This document shows positions 38,917 through 50,130 of a DNA stretch of 64,000 nt, piece by piece. The DNA lies in the IMG/VR virus record IMGVR_UViG_3300048672_001165, positions 29,685-93,684 of that record, one strand, 5' to 3'. Numbering within the stretch: the stretch's first letter is position 1; every line of letters begins with the position of its first letter. Position numbers and translations under genes: made by a program. The DNA is from a virus. The notes under the pieces are model-generated. The model had not been told where the DNA came from and did no database searches. It saw only the letters and a list, made by a program, of their open reading frames with translations.

Positions 38917-41025
38917 ATGGCACTTCCTAAGATCATCGACCTGGCTCGCCAACAAGCCAAGTACACCAAGCCGTCTAAAGCTGATCCTATTGGCGCACAA
39001 GCCAATAGAACTTGGCTTAAACATGCGTTCATGATTCCGTTCAAGACAGACCCTCGTACAGGGAAAACGGAAATCATGTTAGCAGATATTGATAAACGCA
39101 ACATGGGGTTTTCTTCTGCGTTTTTTAAGTTTACCAATTCGTCGATGGGTGGGAGCTTGTGTATCAATCCTCCGCCTCAGTTTACCCGGTATGCTGACCC
39201 ACGCGTCAAGGGCATTAACCCAGATGCCAGGCGCATGAGCGTACTGCACCAAAAGGGCAGCTTAGGTCAGGGTCGACAATACTCAGAGATGATTGATGAC
39301 AATAGCCAGATCATCCACTTGAGATTTGGTGTACCAAGTTTCAATTCTCTCTTTCAATTCTTCACAGGTTTTTATAACGGCTCTTTAGCTCGCTTAGTGC
39401 GAACCGGTCGTGTAGACCAAACGTTCTTTGAAAAAGTCATTAACGCAGCGCTCACCGTCATCGAGATTGCGATTCTGCCGCTGACAATTCTACCCATGAT
39501 GATCATGGCTGTAGGCAACGCCGTGCGTTTCTTTTTACGCATGCCAGCCAGTAAGTTCTACTATCTGAAACCAACCATGCTCACCTACTGGCATACGGTC
39601 ACCAGTTTAGTGAACATGATGGCTGTGAATCAAAAGTTGGTGACTTATACTCAACCAGACATGACAGAGCAGTTCTTAAACGAAAAAGTGACTCCTAAAC
39701 ATATCCGCTCAATTCTTCAGGATCTATTTCCTGAGATGACAGAGCGAGGAGTACCTGACATGTACTTGATTGCGACCAAAGCAAAACGCTTAGAGATGCG
39801 CCAGCGTGAGAACCTCTTTAAGCAGCTCAGCTCTAGCTGGGAAGGTAAGAACGCAGGGCCTATCGATCCGTCGACTGAGTTTACCAAATCTAACCCGAGT
39901 GAGACGATTCCCTATAGCCGCAAGTCGGTGTGGGAGCGTTGGATGAAATCACCCGTCCATGGTCAAGCTCTGAAGTCTGAAATTGAAACAGATTGGCGAG
40001 AGCCTGCGAAGAAGCCTGAAACACCTGCAGGAACTGCTGAAGAAACTATTGGAGATAAGGTCAGTAGTCTTGCAGACAAAGCAGGTAACTACATCTCTAC
40101 GATTGCTAGTGAGGCGCAAGAGCAGTTTACTGCAACGTCTCAAGACGGCGCAGAGTGGCTGAGTCTTCGAGTCGATTATACGGGCTCTCAAACTGAATCA
40201 TTCTCTACCAGCACAGCGCCCAGTAGCCTGGCTGAGAAGATGAACAGCGCGTCTCAAAGCGCGCGCGAGATTCGCTACAACTATGCCGAAGGTAACCTTG
40301 ACTCGATGGGTTTAGTCAAAGGTGCTATTGACGGGATTGCTGCAGTTGCCACTCAGGCTGCTGACTTGCTGCACATCGGCGGTCTAGCTGCTTTTGCAGG
40401 CAGCAGCTTTGTCGACATTCCTGAACACGTGACGGATACGCAAGCCAGTATCCGCTCTAGCAGTTACTCGTTCAAACTCATTTCTCCTCACGGTAACATC
40501 ATCTCTCAGTTTGTGCACATCTATATTCCTTTGATGTGCATGCTGGCCGGTGCTCTTCCTCGTTCCGTGGGTAAACAAGCACACACTGATCCGTTCCTGT
40601 GTGAACTCTATGACCGGGGGCGTACTGCAGTCAGGCTAGGCGTCATTGATTCTTTGTCGATTACCCGAGGTACTTCCAACTTAGGGTTTGATAAAGATGG
40701 CAGAGCCATGGCCATTGATGTGTCTTTCACTGTCAAAGACCTGAGTACGATTGTAGCTGTACCTATGCATAACTCGCTCAGTCTTAATCCGTTTGAAGGC
40801 ATCTTTGATACGGACAACAAGTTTGTAGACTACATGACCACGCTGGCAGCTATTCCTCTGTACGAGTTTGACTACAGACTACCTATTTTACGAAGGCAGC
40901 TGGATACAAAGATAGCTGACTTGAGGAGCTACTTCTCAGTCAGCAGGTTGGCTCTTGACTTAGGCGGGTCAGCACCAGCGCAGCTGTACGCAGCGCTCTT
41001 CTCATACGGCACACCAAAGAAGTAA
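38917..41025 (+). CDS. Baseplate/tail-tip protein (phiKZ gp182-like)
   Basis: KFTNSSMGG...INPPPQFTRYAD, GRQYSE.IDDN..IHLRFGVP.FNS and IDSLSITRGTSNLGF; convergent with the gp181-like gene. Confidence 0.75.
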   Translation: MALPKIIDLARQQAKYTKPSKADPIGAQANRTWLKHAFMIPFKTDPRTGKTEIMLADIDKRNMGFSSAFFKFTNSSMGGSLCINPPPQFTRYADPRVKGINPDARRMSVLHQKGSLGQGRQYSEMIDDNSQIIHLRFGVPSFNSLFQFFTGFYNGSLARLVRTGRVDQTFFEKVINAALTVIEIAILPLTILPMMIMAVGNAVRFFLRMPASKFYYLKPTMLTYWHTVTSLVNMMAVNQKLVTYTQPDMTEQFLNEKVTPKHIRSILQDLFPEMTERGVPDMYLIATKAKRLEMRQRENLFKQLSSSWEGKNAGPIDPSTEFTKSNPSETIPYSRKSVWERWMKSPVHGQALKSEIETDWREPAKKPETPAGTAEETIGDKVSSLADKAGNYISTIASEAQEQFTATSQDGAEWLSLRVDYTGSQTESFSTSTAPSSLAEKMNSASQSAREIRYNYAEGNLDSMGLVKGAIDGIAAVATQAADLLHIGGLAAFAGSSFVDIPEHVTDTQASIRSSSYSFKLISPHGNIISQFVHIYIPLMCMLAGALPRSVGKQAHTDPFLCELYDRGRTAVRLGVIDSLSITRGTSNLGFDKDGRAMAIDVSFTVKDLSTIVAVPMHNSLSLNPFEGIFDTDNKFVDYMTTLAAIPLYEFDYRLPILRRQLDTKIADLRSYFSVSRLALDLGGSAPAQLYAALFSYGTPKK

Positions 41026-41080
41026 ACGGCATAAAAGGGCAGGCTATTAAAGCCTGCCCCCTATGCTGCTTTTATGCCGC
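41026..41080. repeat. REP-like bidirectional terminator element, copy 3
   Basis: ACGGCATAAAAGGGCAGGCTATTAAAGCCTGCCCCCTATGCTGCTTTTATGCCGC. Confidence 0.8.
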
Positions 41081-44000
41081 CCGTCGCATACTGACAGGAA
41101 GTTTCGGCATGGCATACGTGGTAGAACCAGACTGAGTCACACTGGCTTGCTCCATTGGAGAAGGAGCCGGTGTGGGCTGGTTGTCGTTTGTGCCGCCCTT
41201 TTGAGGCGCTTGACCGCTCATCAGCTGCATGATCTCTAGAATCTTAGTCTGGATCTGGAGTTGCTGGGTCAGTAAGTTTTCAGTCTTGCTCAAGTCAATA
41301 CCGCCCGTAGAGGCGTTAGACCGAGCCATGGCTGACACAGCACTACTGGAGATAGGCGTATCCGCCCGCGCTGTAGAGCGCATCTCAGCAGCAGGAGCAG
41401 GCTTGTAGATCGCCTGGTTCATGCCAGGAGTGCCGCTGTCCAAACGACTACGAGGTGTAGGTGTAGCAGTATTGTTAGAAGCTATCATGCTCGGTGAGTA
41501 AGTATCTTTAGCGACCTTCTCAACCTTGACTGAACTATCCGCCTTGGTATTAATACCAAACTGGCGAGCTTTACCAACCACCTTTTTATCCAGCACCTGA
41601 TAGACTTCAGAGACTGAACGAGGTGTATTGCCGTTATAGAAGATAGGCTTGTTGGCAGCAGCAGGTCCAGGCATGAGGTCAGGCGCGCTCATACCAGGAT
41701 TACGGTCTACTGCATTGATGAGCTGGGCAGCGCCAGCCGGGCCTAAGAAGTGAGCTGCGTACGTATCCGTCGCTGTCACGTTTGGGTCACCTGTTTTCTG
41801 TGCCATGTAGCTGACATTCTCTTTGATGAAGTGTGCCCCCATCAGAGCGCTGTGTTGAGGATCTAAAGGATTAAGCTCCTTAGGATCGTAGCCATACCGA
41901 GGGCCGTACTTTTGAGCCATGTTCTTCCAAGTGGAATCGATGAACTGGTACAGGCCCTTTGCAGAGCTTGTGCCAGCTTTGGCATTAGGGTTAAAGTCCG
42001 ATTCAAGCGCCACAGTTGACATGGCAATACTTGGATCAACCCCAACAATATTGGCCGCATCAGTCACGATTTTCTTCACGTCTTCCTTACCCGTGGCTTT
42101 AAAGTCACCCATGAGTTCGGGTTTTGCAGGCACATCGACTGTAGAAGCAGATACGCTAGAACCGCCTGTAGGCGCCGTAATGCTACTTGGAGCAGCACTG
42201 GTACCAACAGGCCCTGTAAAGGAGCTTGTAGGGGCTGTAGAAGCCGCTACAGGGCTACTGGCTGCAGTCTTTTGTGCGTCTACGGACGACTTCAATGTGC
42301 TGATGTCTTTCTTGACTGTTTCAGCTTGTGCTTTCTTTTCTTCTACAAGTGCTTTGGTCTTATCCAGGTCTTGTAGGAAGTTGATGTTTTCATTCAGACT
42401 GGTAGAGTCTGAATTGATGGCGTACTCATCAAACGGGTTGTATTCAATAGACCACACGTTTGAGCCTTGGAACAGTTTGATGATTTCCACTTGTTCACTG
42501 GGCTTAAGAGCCGAGCCGTCATCTGTTGCGTTTTTACCACGTTTAATCAAGCCGTAATGGTACACCAAATAGATGTAGAGAAAACGCGTTCTAAACCAAT
42601 TACGCACTGCAACGGTTTCATCATTGTTACCAAACAAAATCCAAGGGAATTGTTGGTGCAGAGCTAAAGTCATCTTAGCGGTCAGCTCTACGTCTTTGAC
42701 TGCTTCAGGACCTTTACTCCAATCGATGAACTTAGACAACTCATTTTCAAGAGCTGCCATCATGGCTACCTTATCAGGGTCCAGGGTGGTCAGACCGTAG
42801 GCTTTATACCGCGCTGCATCAATCGCAGAAAGCTTGCCCTTCATGCTGCTCAATTTAAGATCTAAACTGTTCAGTAGATCAGCTGTTTCTTTTTGAAGAC
42901 TGCCTAACTCATCTTGTTTACCCTTAAGGGCTTGAAGAAGCTGAGTGTCAATCACGGCAGGCTTACTGGCAGCGACCATGCTAGCCGACTTAGCTGCAGT
43001 ACCCAAGACTTCTTTAGCGACTTGCCTTTGAGTTGACGCAGCAACGCTTCTGGTTTCTTTCTCAGCTACCTTGACCTGAGTCTGCACGTCTTTCTTAGGG
43101 ACGTCCAAAGCAGAGCCCTTAGTCGCTAAAGGAGAAAACTTATCTGTTTTCTCATCGGGGATGTTGTAGCTTCTTTTCACAGAAGCGTACACAGCGTCTA
43201 CGACGTCTCGCTTCACAGCTGAGTCACCATTAGGCAAAGTCAAGTAGCTGTACGGCCCAGACTCAAACTTTACAGCCTTATAAACGTCAGGCCAATCTGT
43301 CTTCTTGATCAAGCTCGTATCGGTTGAGTTCTTCCCACCATTGAAGTGGTTGTAGATCGCAATGGAGTTCAAATAGACAGGCTTAAAGCGGTTTTGGAAC
43401 CAACCCAAGAACCAACCTGTGTGAGTCTTGTTCTCGTTATTAAGCCCAAAGATCTCCATGGCTTCTTTCAGATTGATTTTACCTGCATCAAAACTAGCGC
43501 CTTCAGGGCCCAGCTTGACGGTAGGATCAATCATGTTTTCCAGAGTCCTCACTTTACCAAAGAGGCTGTGATCCGTGGTGATGAAACCATACTGACTCAT
43601 GCGGATCTCATCAAAAGGACCCGGGTTATTTTGGACGTACTTGTATGCTTTGTAAGCGCCATACCCCAGCAGGGCTGCAGCAGCGACGCCTAGGGTAATG
43701 GGTGACGTCAGCGCAGCCAGAGCAGTCCCGCCAGCCGTAGCCAGCATGCCGCCTACACCGAGTCCGCCTGCTGTAGCAGCAGTCGTCGCAGCAGCGGCTG
43801 TACCTGCAGCAGCTGTGCCCGCGGCAGCAGTGCCTGCAGCTGCACCAGTGGCAGCAGTTGCAGCTGTACTCAGACCACCCATGCCCAGCAAGGAGCCAGC
43901 TGTCTTCAAAAGGTTTCCTCCAGAGAAGAGCCCTTTCAGGCCAGTGAGTAAGTCACCTATTCCGCCTAGGAGGCTGCTGTCTTCTTTCTTGCCAGACTTG

Positions 44001-47000
44001 TTGCGCCTATTTCCATATAGCGCATTCCTAGCACTAGCAGCTTTTTCACGAGCTGCTTTAGCACGCCTTCTGAGGTCAGACAAAGAGCCGTCTTTGACGC
44101 CGTCCCCATCTGAGTCGCCGGCGACCTTAGCGCTATTAGGTAGACGACTATCGAGGATGTTGCGGATATCAGACAGGAGATCTACACTCTCCATAGAGGC
44201 AAGGTAGGTGCCGTCTTTATGAGAGTCAATACCCAACATACCTTTCACACCACGACCTATCGTGCGGCCAATTCTTTTTGCACCACCCCACAGAGCACCT
44301 GCAAAGCGCTTAGACAGCTTCCAAGCTGCCTTGGTGGTGTTCATGACGAGTTTACCTGTGCCCTTGATCAAGCTGCCGATACCGGCGAGTGCTTTAAGGG
44401 CAGGGCTGCGAATGGGTCGACCTTGTACGTCAGTAATACCTTTGCGTAGTTGGTCTAGTGAGAGAACAACGTTACCGTCGTCATCTACCACAACACCATT
44501 GATTTGTGTTGGTCTGGTGATGGTCGTACCATCTTTCTTCAAATGGTAACCGCCATTCTTCATGACAGTGGCCAGTAGAGCAGGATCTTCTTCGCCACGG
44601 ACATAGATGTCAGTAGGCTTATCAAAGAAGTTGTAAAGCCCTGCACCCATCTTACCTATGGTGCGAAAAGCACTTCGCACCATGCGACCTTGCATACCCA
44701 GAAGCGGTTTGAGGACATTTCGACCATAAGCACCTACGCCGCGTAAGAACTTACGCATGCCCTTGGTCACCAGTTTGACCATCTTGCCTAGAGCACCTCG
44801 GGTATAGAGCTTATCAACTTCATCCGCACTGATGACCGTATTGCCGTCTCGGTCTTTGAGCACACCAATGATTTCATCTTGGTGATAAATCGCTCTACCC
44901 GACTCAGTGACATAGACGCCTTGCTTGATGTGTTTAGCTTTCAAACGGACAATCGGGTCGCCTTCAACGTACACGTCTTTGACGCCTGTGACCATGTCTT
45001 TAGCTTTACCGCCCAGCCAAGCAGCACCCTGCCCAGCGCGTGCTAGGTTACGTCCGCTCATTTCAGCAGACTTCTTGAAGATAGTCCCAAACAGAGATAA
45101 AGGCTTAGCCAATCCCCACTTGAAACCAACACGTCCAATGTTGTAAGCTTGGCGAATCAGTGAAGGGTTACTTCCCACTTGAATACCATTGAGCAGCTGA
45201 GCATCAATCGACGCAAGATGCTGCAAAGCCTCCATCATCATCTGTTCCATAGAAGCGCCTTGCTCTTCAGAGCCAGCTGCTCTGGGAGGTACTTCAGCAC
45301 CCGCAGCACGAGGTGTATTACCCGTAGGTGTGCCGTTCTCAGACAAGACGTTAGCGTCTTCAGCGCCGTCTAGGAGACTGCTCATGACAGAGAGTCTTCC
45401 TTCACGGTCTCGCACGAGAGGCAGAACACCTTGACGCTCACCGCCCAGTCCAAGCAGCTGTACACCGCCGTCGTCTACAGGAACAATAGCTTCTTGACCT
45501 GCTTCGCCAGCAACAGCTTCCTTGATCCGGTTACCGACCTTCATCAAGAACTTCTTAGGTCTATCCAGAATAGCCTTGTTAAACAGACCGCCCTTAGCAA
45601 AGTGAGGAACGTTCTCTTCTGAAGGAGGAGCACCATCATCGCTCCCACCATTAGGGATTTGACCATCGCCTAAGCGACGCTTGAGGTTATCCAGTTGCTT
45701 TTGAGCAGCGCTGTCAAGTCGACCAGACAGGTCATTGTAAATCTGATCCATCTTACCAGGATCAAACTGACCATCAGTCATGACAGCATCTTGAATCTTT
45801 TTGAGTTCGTTATCTTTAAACTCTTTGATGCGCTTATCTGCTTTCAATCCAAGAATCTTGATGATGTTGAATGCTTTGGTTTGTGAAAGCTGGTTACCAA
45901 GCGAGTTGACATTATCACGAGCAGAATCCCGTGCTATATCAACCGCATCCCGAACAATGTCAGAAGGCTCTCTACCTGAGTCTCTTTGGTCTTTCCACCA
46001 CTTCTTGACATCACCTACTTTGTTTTTGAGCTTTTCCCACTTCTTACCTAGAAACTTCTTAAGGTCATCTGGGTTTTCAATCTTGTTGATCATGTCCATG
46101 ATGGAGCCTGACACAAAGTCAGCCCCCTTAGCCAGCTTACCCGTGAGACCTGAGAAAGCCTCATCCATACTGGTGCCTTCAGCGTTCAAGATCTCGTCGT
46201 AGGTGCTACCTAGGAAACGACGACCTAGTCGCTCCACATGAGTCTGTCTCATTGGGCCTACAAACTGCCCTTCTGGGTAAGCAGTGCTGTCTGCTTCAGG
46301 CTGTGCAGGCTTAGGCTTTTCACGCTCTTTGTAGCCGCTCTTGAGGTACTCCTCTAGCATGGCGTTCTTATCGATCGAGCGACCATCAGCAGACAAAGCG
46401 TTCATGCCTTGCAACGCTTCTTGCTGACCGGCGTACGCGTATTTTTGTACACGGTCTTCCGTGTTACCAATCAAGCCTGGGATGTTCTTGAAGTCGTTGA
46501 TCGCCACAGACAACAAGTCTTGAGGGATATCTTTGAAGAAGTTAGCCATCAAAGCAGCAGCTTCTTCAGCACCTTCTTTGTCTTTGTACTTACTGGTTTT
46601 ACCAAAGTTTTCAGCGCTGAACGTGCGGTTATTACTACCGTAACGAGCCAGCTGATTCTTCAGCGCTTTACGCCCCGCAGGACTCAGCGCGTCACCGCCA
46701 AAGTCACTGACCATTTGATCCAGGTGTTGATGTAAAGCATCTTTACTACCTTGACCATAGACTTCAGATTCTATTTTCTTTGTAAGCTTCTTTTGCTCCA
46801 TGAACTTACCCGAGTCGTAGTCGTACGTGACTAAATCAACTTTCTCGGTTCGTAAACGCATGCGCGTTTGTTCACGAAGGATACGTGCCAGATAACCAGG
46901 GATCACTTCCGTGATGGATCGCTCAGCCTTGTTACTGTACGTGGCTGGGTCTCCTAGGTTATTCAAGTCGTTTTTCTTGACTTCCGTTCTGGTTTGAGGA

Positions 47001-48268
47001 GGTAGCAGTAGACCCGCTACTCCTCTGAACAAGTTAGAGAACAACCCATCGTCGTAGTTGTCCTTATTGTTCATACGAAACTCATTGAGCTTAGCGGGCA
47101 TTTCAGCAATACGGTTGCTGAGCATATACCCTAGCTCTTTGGTCTTCTCGCTTTTGTCAATGACGTTTTTCTTGACAAACTTGCCCACGCCTCGGCCTGC
47201 TTTTTGGACAATACTTTCACCCAGCATGTTGCCTGCAATCTCTTCAGCAGAACCTTGTCCGCCGTTGATCATCTCAGCAAACTGCTCTGCAGCACCCAGG
47301 CCTTCTTGCATGCCAGACTTCAAGGACTTAGCCGCCCTGCCGACTTGCACGGAGAGGTTCTTCATGACGCGTTCCATATAGTCGCGTCCGCCACCGAAGA
47401 GGTTATTGCCAATGGCTTCAGTGAACTTCTTCTTTTGGAACTCTTTCAAGAACTCCGCGTTAGTTTGCTTGACATACTCAGGCAGACCTGTGTTTTTCTT
47501 AATGTCAGCAAGAGTTTCACCTTGCAGCTGCAGCGTGGTGCGCAGCGTTTGCAAGATGTCTTGCTGAGCAAAGAGCTGGCGGTACTGCAGCTCTAGGTTT
47601 TTCTTTTTGTAGTTGAGGTCAATTGTGGTCTGGTACTTCTGCATACGGTCTAGTGCCATAGCAGAGCGGTTACTCAGATCGATTTGAGCTTGATAGCGCT
47701 TGGTGTCAACACCCGCTTTCAGAGCTTCTTTATTGGCTGTTTCTTTTCTCTCAGCTTCGTGCTGATCCGCTTGCATGGAAAACAGCTCAGCCATTTGGCT
47801 AGAGAGCATAGACTCTCTTTGCTGTTCAACATTTTGGTTGAAAAGATTACCACTTTTCTCAGCTTCAATTTCTTCTCGCCACTCATTGAGCGTGTCCTTG
47901 AAGATGCTACCAATGGTAGAATCTTTCGGGAACATCTTAGTGACGGTTTTCTTGAAAGAGCTGATGGCGGGTTTCAGCTCCTTAGCCGTTGACTCATAAA
48001 GGTCTTTAGCGCGGGTAAGGGCTTCAGAGCCCGCATCCAGCGTATCGCCATAACCTTTAGGGAAAACATCACGAGTCAGACTACGCAGGTAGTCGCTGTC
48101 TTTGAGGCCTTCTTTCAGACCTTCTACAGCGCCGTCTTTGAACTTGATAGAGGGTTTGCGATTATCTCTAGGCGGCTCCATATCGAAGTCGAAGAAATCA
48201 TCATCCAGCCCACTGTCTAAACCAAAGTCATCATCCCAATCGTCTTTGACTTTTCTATTTTTAGCCAT
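41072..48268 (-). CDS. Tail tape-measure-like protein with lytic transglycosylase domain (phiKZ gp181-like)
   Basis: About 2400 aa; SITEVIPGYLARIL motif; C-terminal SLT motifs ALESDFNPNA, AKGLYQFIDSTW and YAAHFLG; divergent from the vRNAP beta' gene. Confidence 0.88.
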   Translation of the reverse strand: MAKNRKVKDDWDDDFGLDSGLDDDFFDFDMEPPRDNRKPSIKFKDGAVEGLKEGLKDSDYLRSLTRDVFPKGYGDTLDAGSEALTRAKDLYESTAKELKPAISSFKKTVTKMFPKDSTIGSIFKDTLNEWREEIEAEKSGNLFNQNVEQQRESMLSSQMAELFSMQADQHEAERKETANKEALKAGVDTKRYQAQIDLSNRSAMALDRMQKYQTTIDLNYKKKNLELQYRQLFAQQDILQTLRTTLQLQGETLADIKKNTGLPEYVKQTNAEFLKEFQKKKFTEAIGNNLFGGGRDYMERVMKNLSVQVGRAAKSLKSGMQEGLGAAEQFAEMINGGQGSAEEIAGNMLGESIVQKAGRGVGKFVKKNVIDKSEKTKELGYMLSNRIAEMPAKLNEFRMNNKDNYDDGLFSNLFRGVAGLLLPPQTRTEVKKNDLNNLGDPATYSNKAERSITEVIPGYLARILREQTRMRLRTEKVDLVTYDYDSGKFMEQKKLTKKIESEVYGQGSKDALHQHLDQMVSDFGGDALSPAGRKALKNQLARYGSNNRTFSAENFGKTSKYKDKEGAEEAAALMANFFKDIPQDLLSVAINDFKNIPGLIGNTEDRVQKYAYAGQQEALQGMNALSADGRSIDKNAMLEEYLKSGYKEREKPKPAQPEADSTAYPEGQFVGPMRQTHVERLGRRFLGSTYDEILNAEGTSMDEAFSGLTGKLAKGADFVSGSIMDMINKIENPDDLKKFLGKKWEKLKNKVGDVKKWWKDQRDSGREPSDIVRDAVDIARDSARDNVNSLGNQLSQTKAFNIIKILGLKADKRIKEFKDNELKKIQDAVMTDGQFDPGKMDQIYNDLSGRLDSAAQKQLDNLKRRLGDGQIPNGGSDDGAPPSEENVPHFAKGGLFNKAILDRPKKFLMKVGNRIKEAVAGEAGQEAIVPVDDGGVQLLGLGGERQGVLPLVRDREGRLSVMSSLLDGAEDANVLSENGTPTGNTPRAAGAEVPPRAAGSEEQGASMEQMMMEALQHLASIDAQLLNGIQVGSNPSLIRQAYNIGRVGFKWGLAKPLSLFGTIFKKSAEMSGRNLARAGQGAAWLGGKAKDMVTGVKDVYVEGDPIVRLKAKHIKQGVYVTESGRAIYHQDEIIGVLKDRDGNTVISADEVDKLYTRGALGKMVKLVTKGMRKFLRGVGAYGRNVLKPLLGMQGRMVRSAFRTIGKMGAGLYNFFDKPTDIYVRGEEDPALLATVMKNGGYHLKKDGTTITRPTQINGVVVDDDGNVVLSLDQLRKGITDVQGRPIRSPALKALAGIGSLIKGTGKLVMNTTKAAWKLSKRFAGALWGGAKRIGRTIGRGVKGMLGIDSHKDGTYLASMESVDLLSDIRNILDSRLPNSAKVAGDSDGDGVKDGSLSDLRRRAKAAREKAASARNALYGNRRNKSGKKEDSSLLGGIGDLLTGLKGLFSGGNLLKTAGSLLGMGGLSTAATAATGAAAGTAAAGTAAAGTAAAATTAATAGGLGVGGMLATAGGTALAALTSPITLGVAAAALLGYGAYKAYKYVQNNPGPFDEIRMSQYGFITTDHSLFGKVRTLENMIDPTVKLGPEGASFDAGKINLKEAMEIFGLNNENKTHTGWFLGWFQNRFKPVYLNSIAIYNHFNGGKNSTDTSLIKKTDWPDVYKAVKFESGPYSYLTLPNGDSAVKRDVVDAVYASVKRSYNIPDEKTDKFSPLATKGSALDVPKKDVQTQVKVAEKETRSVAASTQRQVAKEVLGTAAKSASMVAASKPAVIDTQLLQALKGKQDELGSLQKETADLLNSLDLKLSSMKGKLSAIDAARYKAYGLTTLDPDKVAMMAALENELSKFIDWSKGPEAVKDVELTAKMTLALHQQFPWILFGNNDETVAVRNWFRTRFLYIYLVYHYGLIKRGKNATDDGSALKPSEQVEIIKLFQGSNVWSIEYNPFDEYAINSDSTSLNENINFLQDLDKTKALVEEKKAQAETVKKDISTLKSSVDAQKTAASSPVAASTAPTSSFTGPVGTSAAPSSITAPTGGSSVSASTVDVPAKPELMGDFKATGKEDVKKIVTDAANIVGVDPSIAMSTVALESDFNPNAKAGTSSAKGLYQFIDSTWKNMAQKYGPRYGYDPKELNPLDPQHSALMGAHFIKENVSYMAQKTGDPNVTATDTYAAHFLGPAGAAQLINAVDRNPGMSAPDLMPGPAAANKPIFYNGNTPRSVSEVYQVLDKKVVGKARQFGINTKADSSVKVEKVAKDTYSPSMIASNNTATPTPRSRLDSGTPGMNQAIYKPAPAAEMRSTARADTPISSSAVSAMARSNASTGGIDLSKTENLLTQQLQIQTKILEIMQLMSGQAPQKGGTNDNQPTPAPSPMEQASVTQSGSTTYAMPKLPVSMRRAA

Positions 48269-48444
48269 CAAAGGCTCCTTTGAAAAAGAGTTGGATTACC
48301 TATACAAACAAAGAAAAGTACTATAAAAAGTAACTCATTTCATGGCCAGTCTCTTTGGACTCATTATAAGAAAACATTTTAGTACAAGCGCCAGCAATCG
48401 AGTGAGCATTTTTCAATACGTTTTTTATTGTGAGAAGAGAATTT

Positions 48445-50082
48445 ATGGACTTGAAGCCTTTCAATATTGATTTGCTGGTGATCACGGATGAGATCGCTAA
48501 GCTTGTTAACCCTGTGACGTCAACTGACATCTTTGAAGGTGTCACCAAGAACTTGAATAAAGACGGCCTGTACTCCCAAGAGATTTTTGGTGTACGTGGC
48601 TCGGATGTGCGCTACAAGAAGTTCTCCTATATTCAGTTGGGTGCACCTGTGCTGCACCCTCTGGTGTATAAGACACTTCTAAAGATGAAAGGGTTTTACG
48701 GCGACGTCTTTGCAGGTAAAGCTTACGCTAAAGTCGATAAGCTCACCAAAGATTTGGTACCTTGTCCACCTGAAGAAGGTGAGACGGGCTATGACTTTAT
48801 GTTCAAAGTCTGGCCTACGCTGGTGTTTCCTGAGAATGACTCCCAGCAACGTCAAGAAAACATTGACTTCCTTACCAAGTATAAAGGCAAGCACGTGCTC
48901 CAGCGTTGCTACGTGCTGCCTGCAGGCTACCGGGACGTTGAAGTCGATGACCAGGGTCGTGAGAGCAGTGATGATATCAATAGCTTTTACTATAAGCTCA
49001 TTGCAATTTCACGAACCATTGCAGAACCCATTTTTAAGACAAACCCTGAAGTCTATAACCAGCAGCGACTGTCTCTACAGAACACGCTCCTAGACTTGTT
49101 TGACTACGTTCTTAATATCTTGGACGGCAAGAACGGTTTGATCATGAGTAAGTGGGCAGCTCGACACATTGCTGACTCCACCCGAAACGTGATCACGTCC
49201 ATGCGCGCATATACGGCAGATCTGGATGGCCCTGAGTCCATCAGCATCAATACCGCATTCATGGGCGTACACCAGTTCATGCGCTCTTTGCTGCCAGTGA
49301 CCTGTCACCGTTTGATGACTGGTTTTTTGTCAACAGTGTTCAGTACAGCAACTGCTCCTGCACTGCTGACGGATAAGAAAACACTCAAGAGTGCTCGTAC
49401 GAATGTAAGCCCTTATGTCTTTGACAGATGGATGACGGTGGAAGGGCTCACCAAGCTCATTGCCAAGTATGGTGAGCCAACCATTCGAAATGAGCCTATC
49501 ATGATTGGTAACTATTATCTTGGGCTACTCTATAGAGGTCCAGATCAAACCTTCAAGTTGATTCACGGCGTCGATGAGCTACCTGAAGGGCGTCTGCCTG
49601 AACACTGCTCACCAATCACGTATACGGAACTTTTCTATCTGACCATGTATCCGACGTCAGAAAAGTATCCGTTTTTCACAACGCGTTATCCAGTTGCTTC
49701 TGACCGCTCTATCCGACCTGTGCTGGGCTGCCTTGTCCCCACAGTGATGACAGAAGTCAGGCAAGAGTTAGACGGCGTGTGGCGGCCTTTTGAAGGTCCT
49801 GACTATACAGCGGTGCGTTTCCCCATGATAGGGTCTGAGACGTTCAACTCCATGGCCCCGCACAGCAGCTCACTGGTCATGCACGAGGCCGACTTTGACG
49901 GCGACACCATGTCAGCTGTCCCAGTCATGACTGATGAATCGGTTGCTGAAGTCACTGATCTTTTCAATGACAGGTCGTTCTATATCGGCCCTGATGGCGA
50001 TTGGCGCCACGACTACATGACCGACACCATTGCATTTGTGTTCTACAACTTCACAGGTCCTCGCACGCCTAAGGCGGCATAA
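48445..50082 (+). CDS. rpoC: Virion RNA polymerase beta' N-terminal subunit (phiKZ gp180-like)
   Basis: DGLYSQEIFG, VLPAGYRD, TRNVIT, TRYPV and catalytic ADFDGD. Confidence 0.92.
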   Translation: MDLKPFNIDLLVITDEIAKLVNPVTSTDIFEGVTKNLNKDGLYSQEIFGVRGSDVRYKKFSYIQLGAPVLHPLVYKTLLKMKGFYGDVFAGKAYAKVDKLTKDLVPCPPEEGETGYDFMFKVWPTLVFPENDSQQRQENIDFLTKYKGKHVLQRCYVLPAGYRDVEVDDQGRESSDDINSFYYKLIAISRTIAEPIFKTNPEVYNQQRLSLQNTLLDLFDYVLNILDGKNGLIMSKWAARHIADSTRNVITSMRAYTADLDGPESISINTAFMGVHQFMRSLLPVTCHRLMTGFLSTVFSTATAPALLTDKKTLKSARTNVSPYVFDRWMTVEGLTKLIAKYGEPTIRNEPIMIGNYYLGLLYRGPDQTFKLIHGVDELPEGRLPEHCSPITYTELFYLTMYPTSEKYPFFTTRYPVASDRSIRPVLGCLVPTVMTEVRQELDGVWRPFEGPDYTAVRFPMIGSETFNSMAPHSSSLVMHEADFDGDTMSAVPVMTDESVAEVTDLFNDRSFYIGPDGDWRHDYMTDTIAFVFYNFTGPRTPKAA

Positions 50083-50130
50083 AAGCTTTTCCTTGTAGAG
50101 TAGGCTAAAAAGAGCCTACTCTACAAACCT
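50074..50130. terminator. GCGGCATAAAA motif plus hairpin between the vRNAP genes
   Basis: TTGTAGAGTAGGCT/AGCCTACTCTACAA stem. Confidence 0.7.

Noticed and set aside
43690-43870. TAAAG-type Ala/Gly/Thr repeats in the gp181-like protein
   Set aside because: A low-complexity hydrophobic segment typical of tape-measure proteins.
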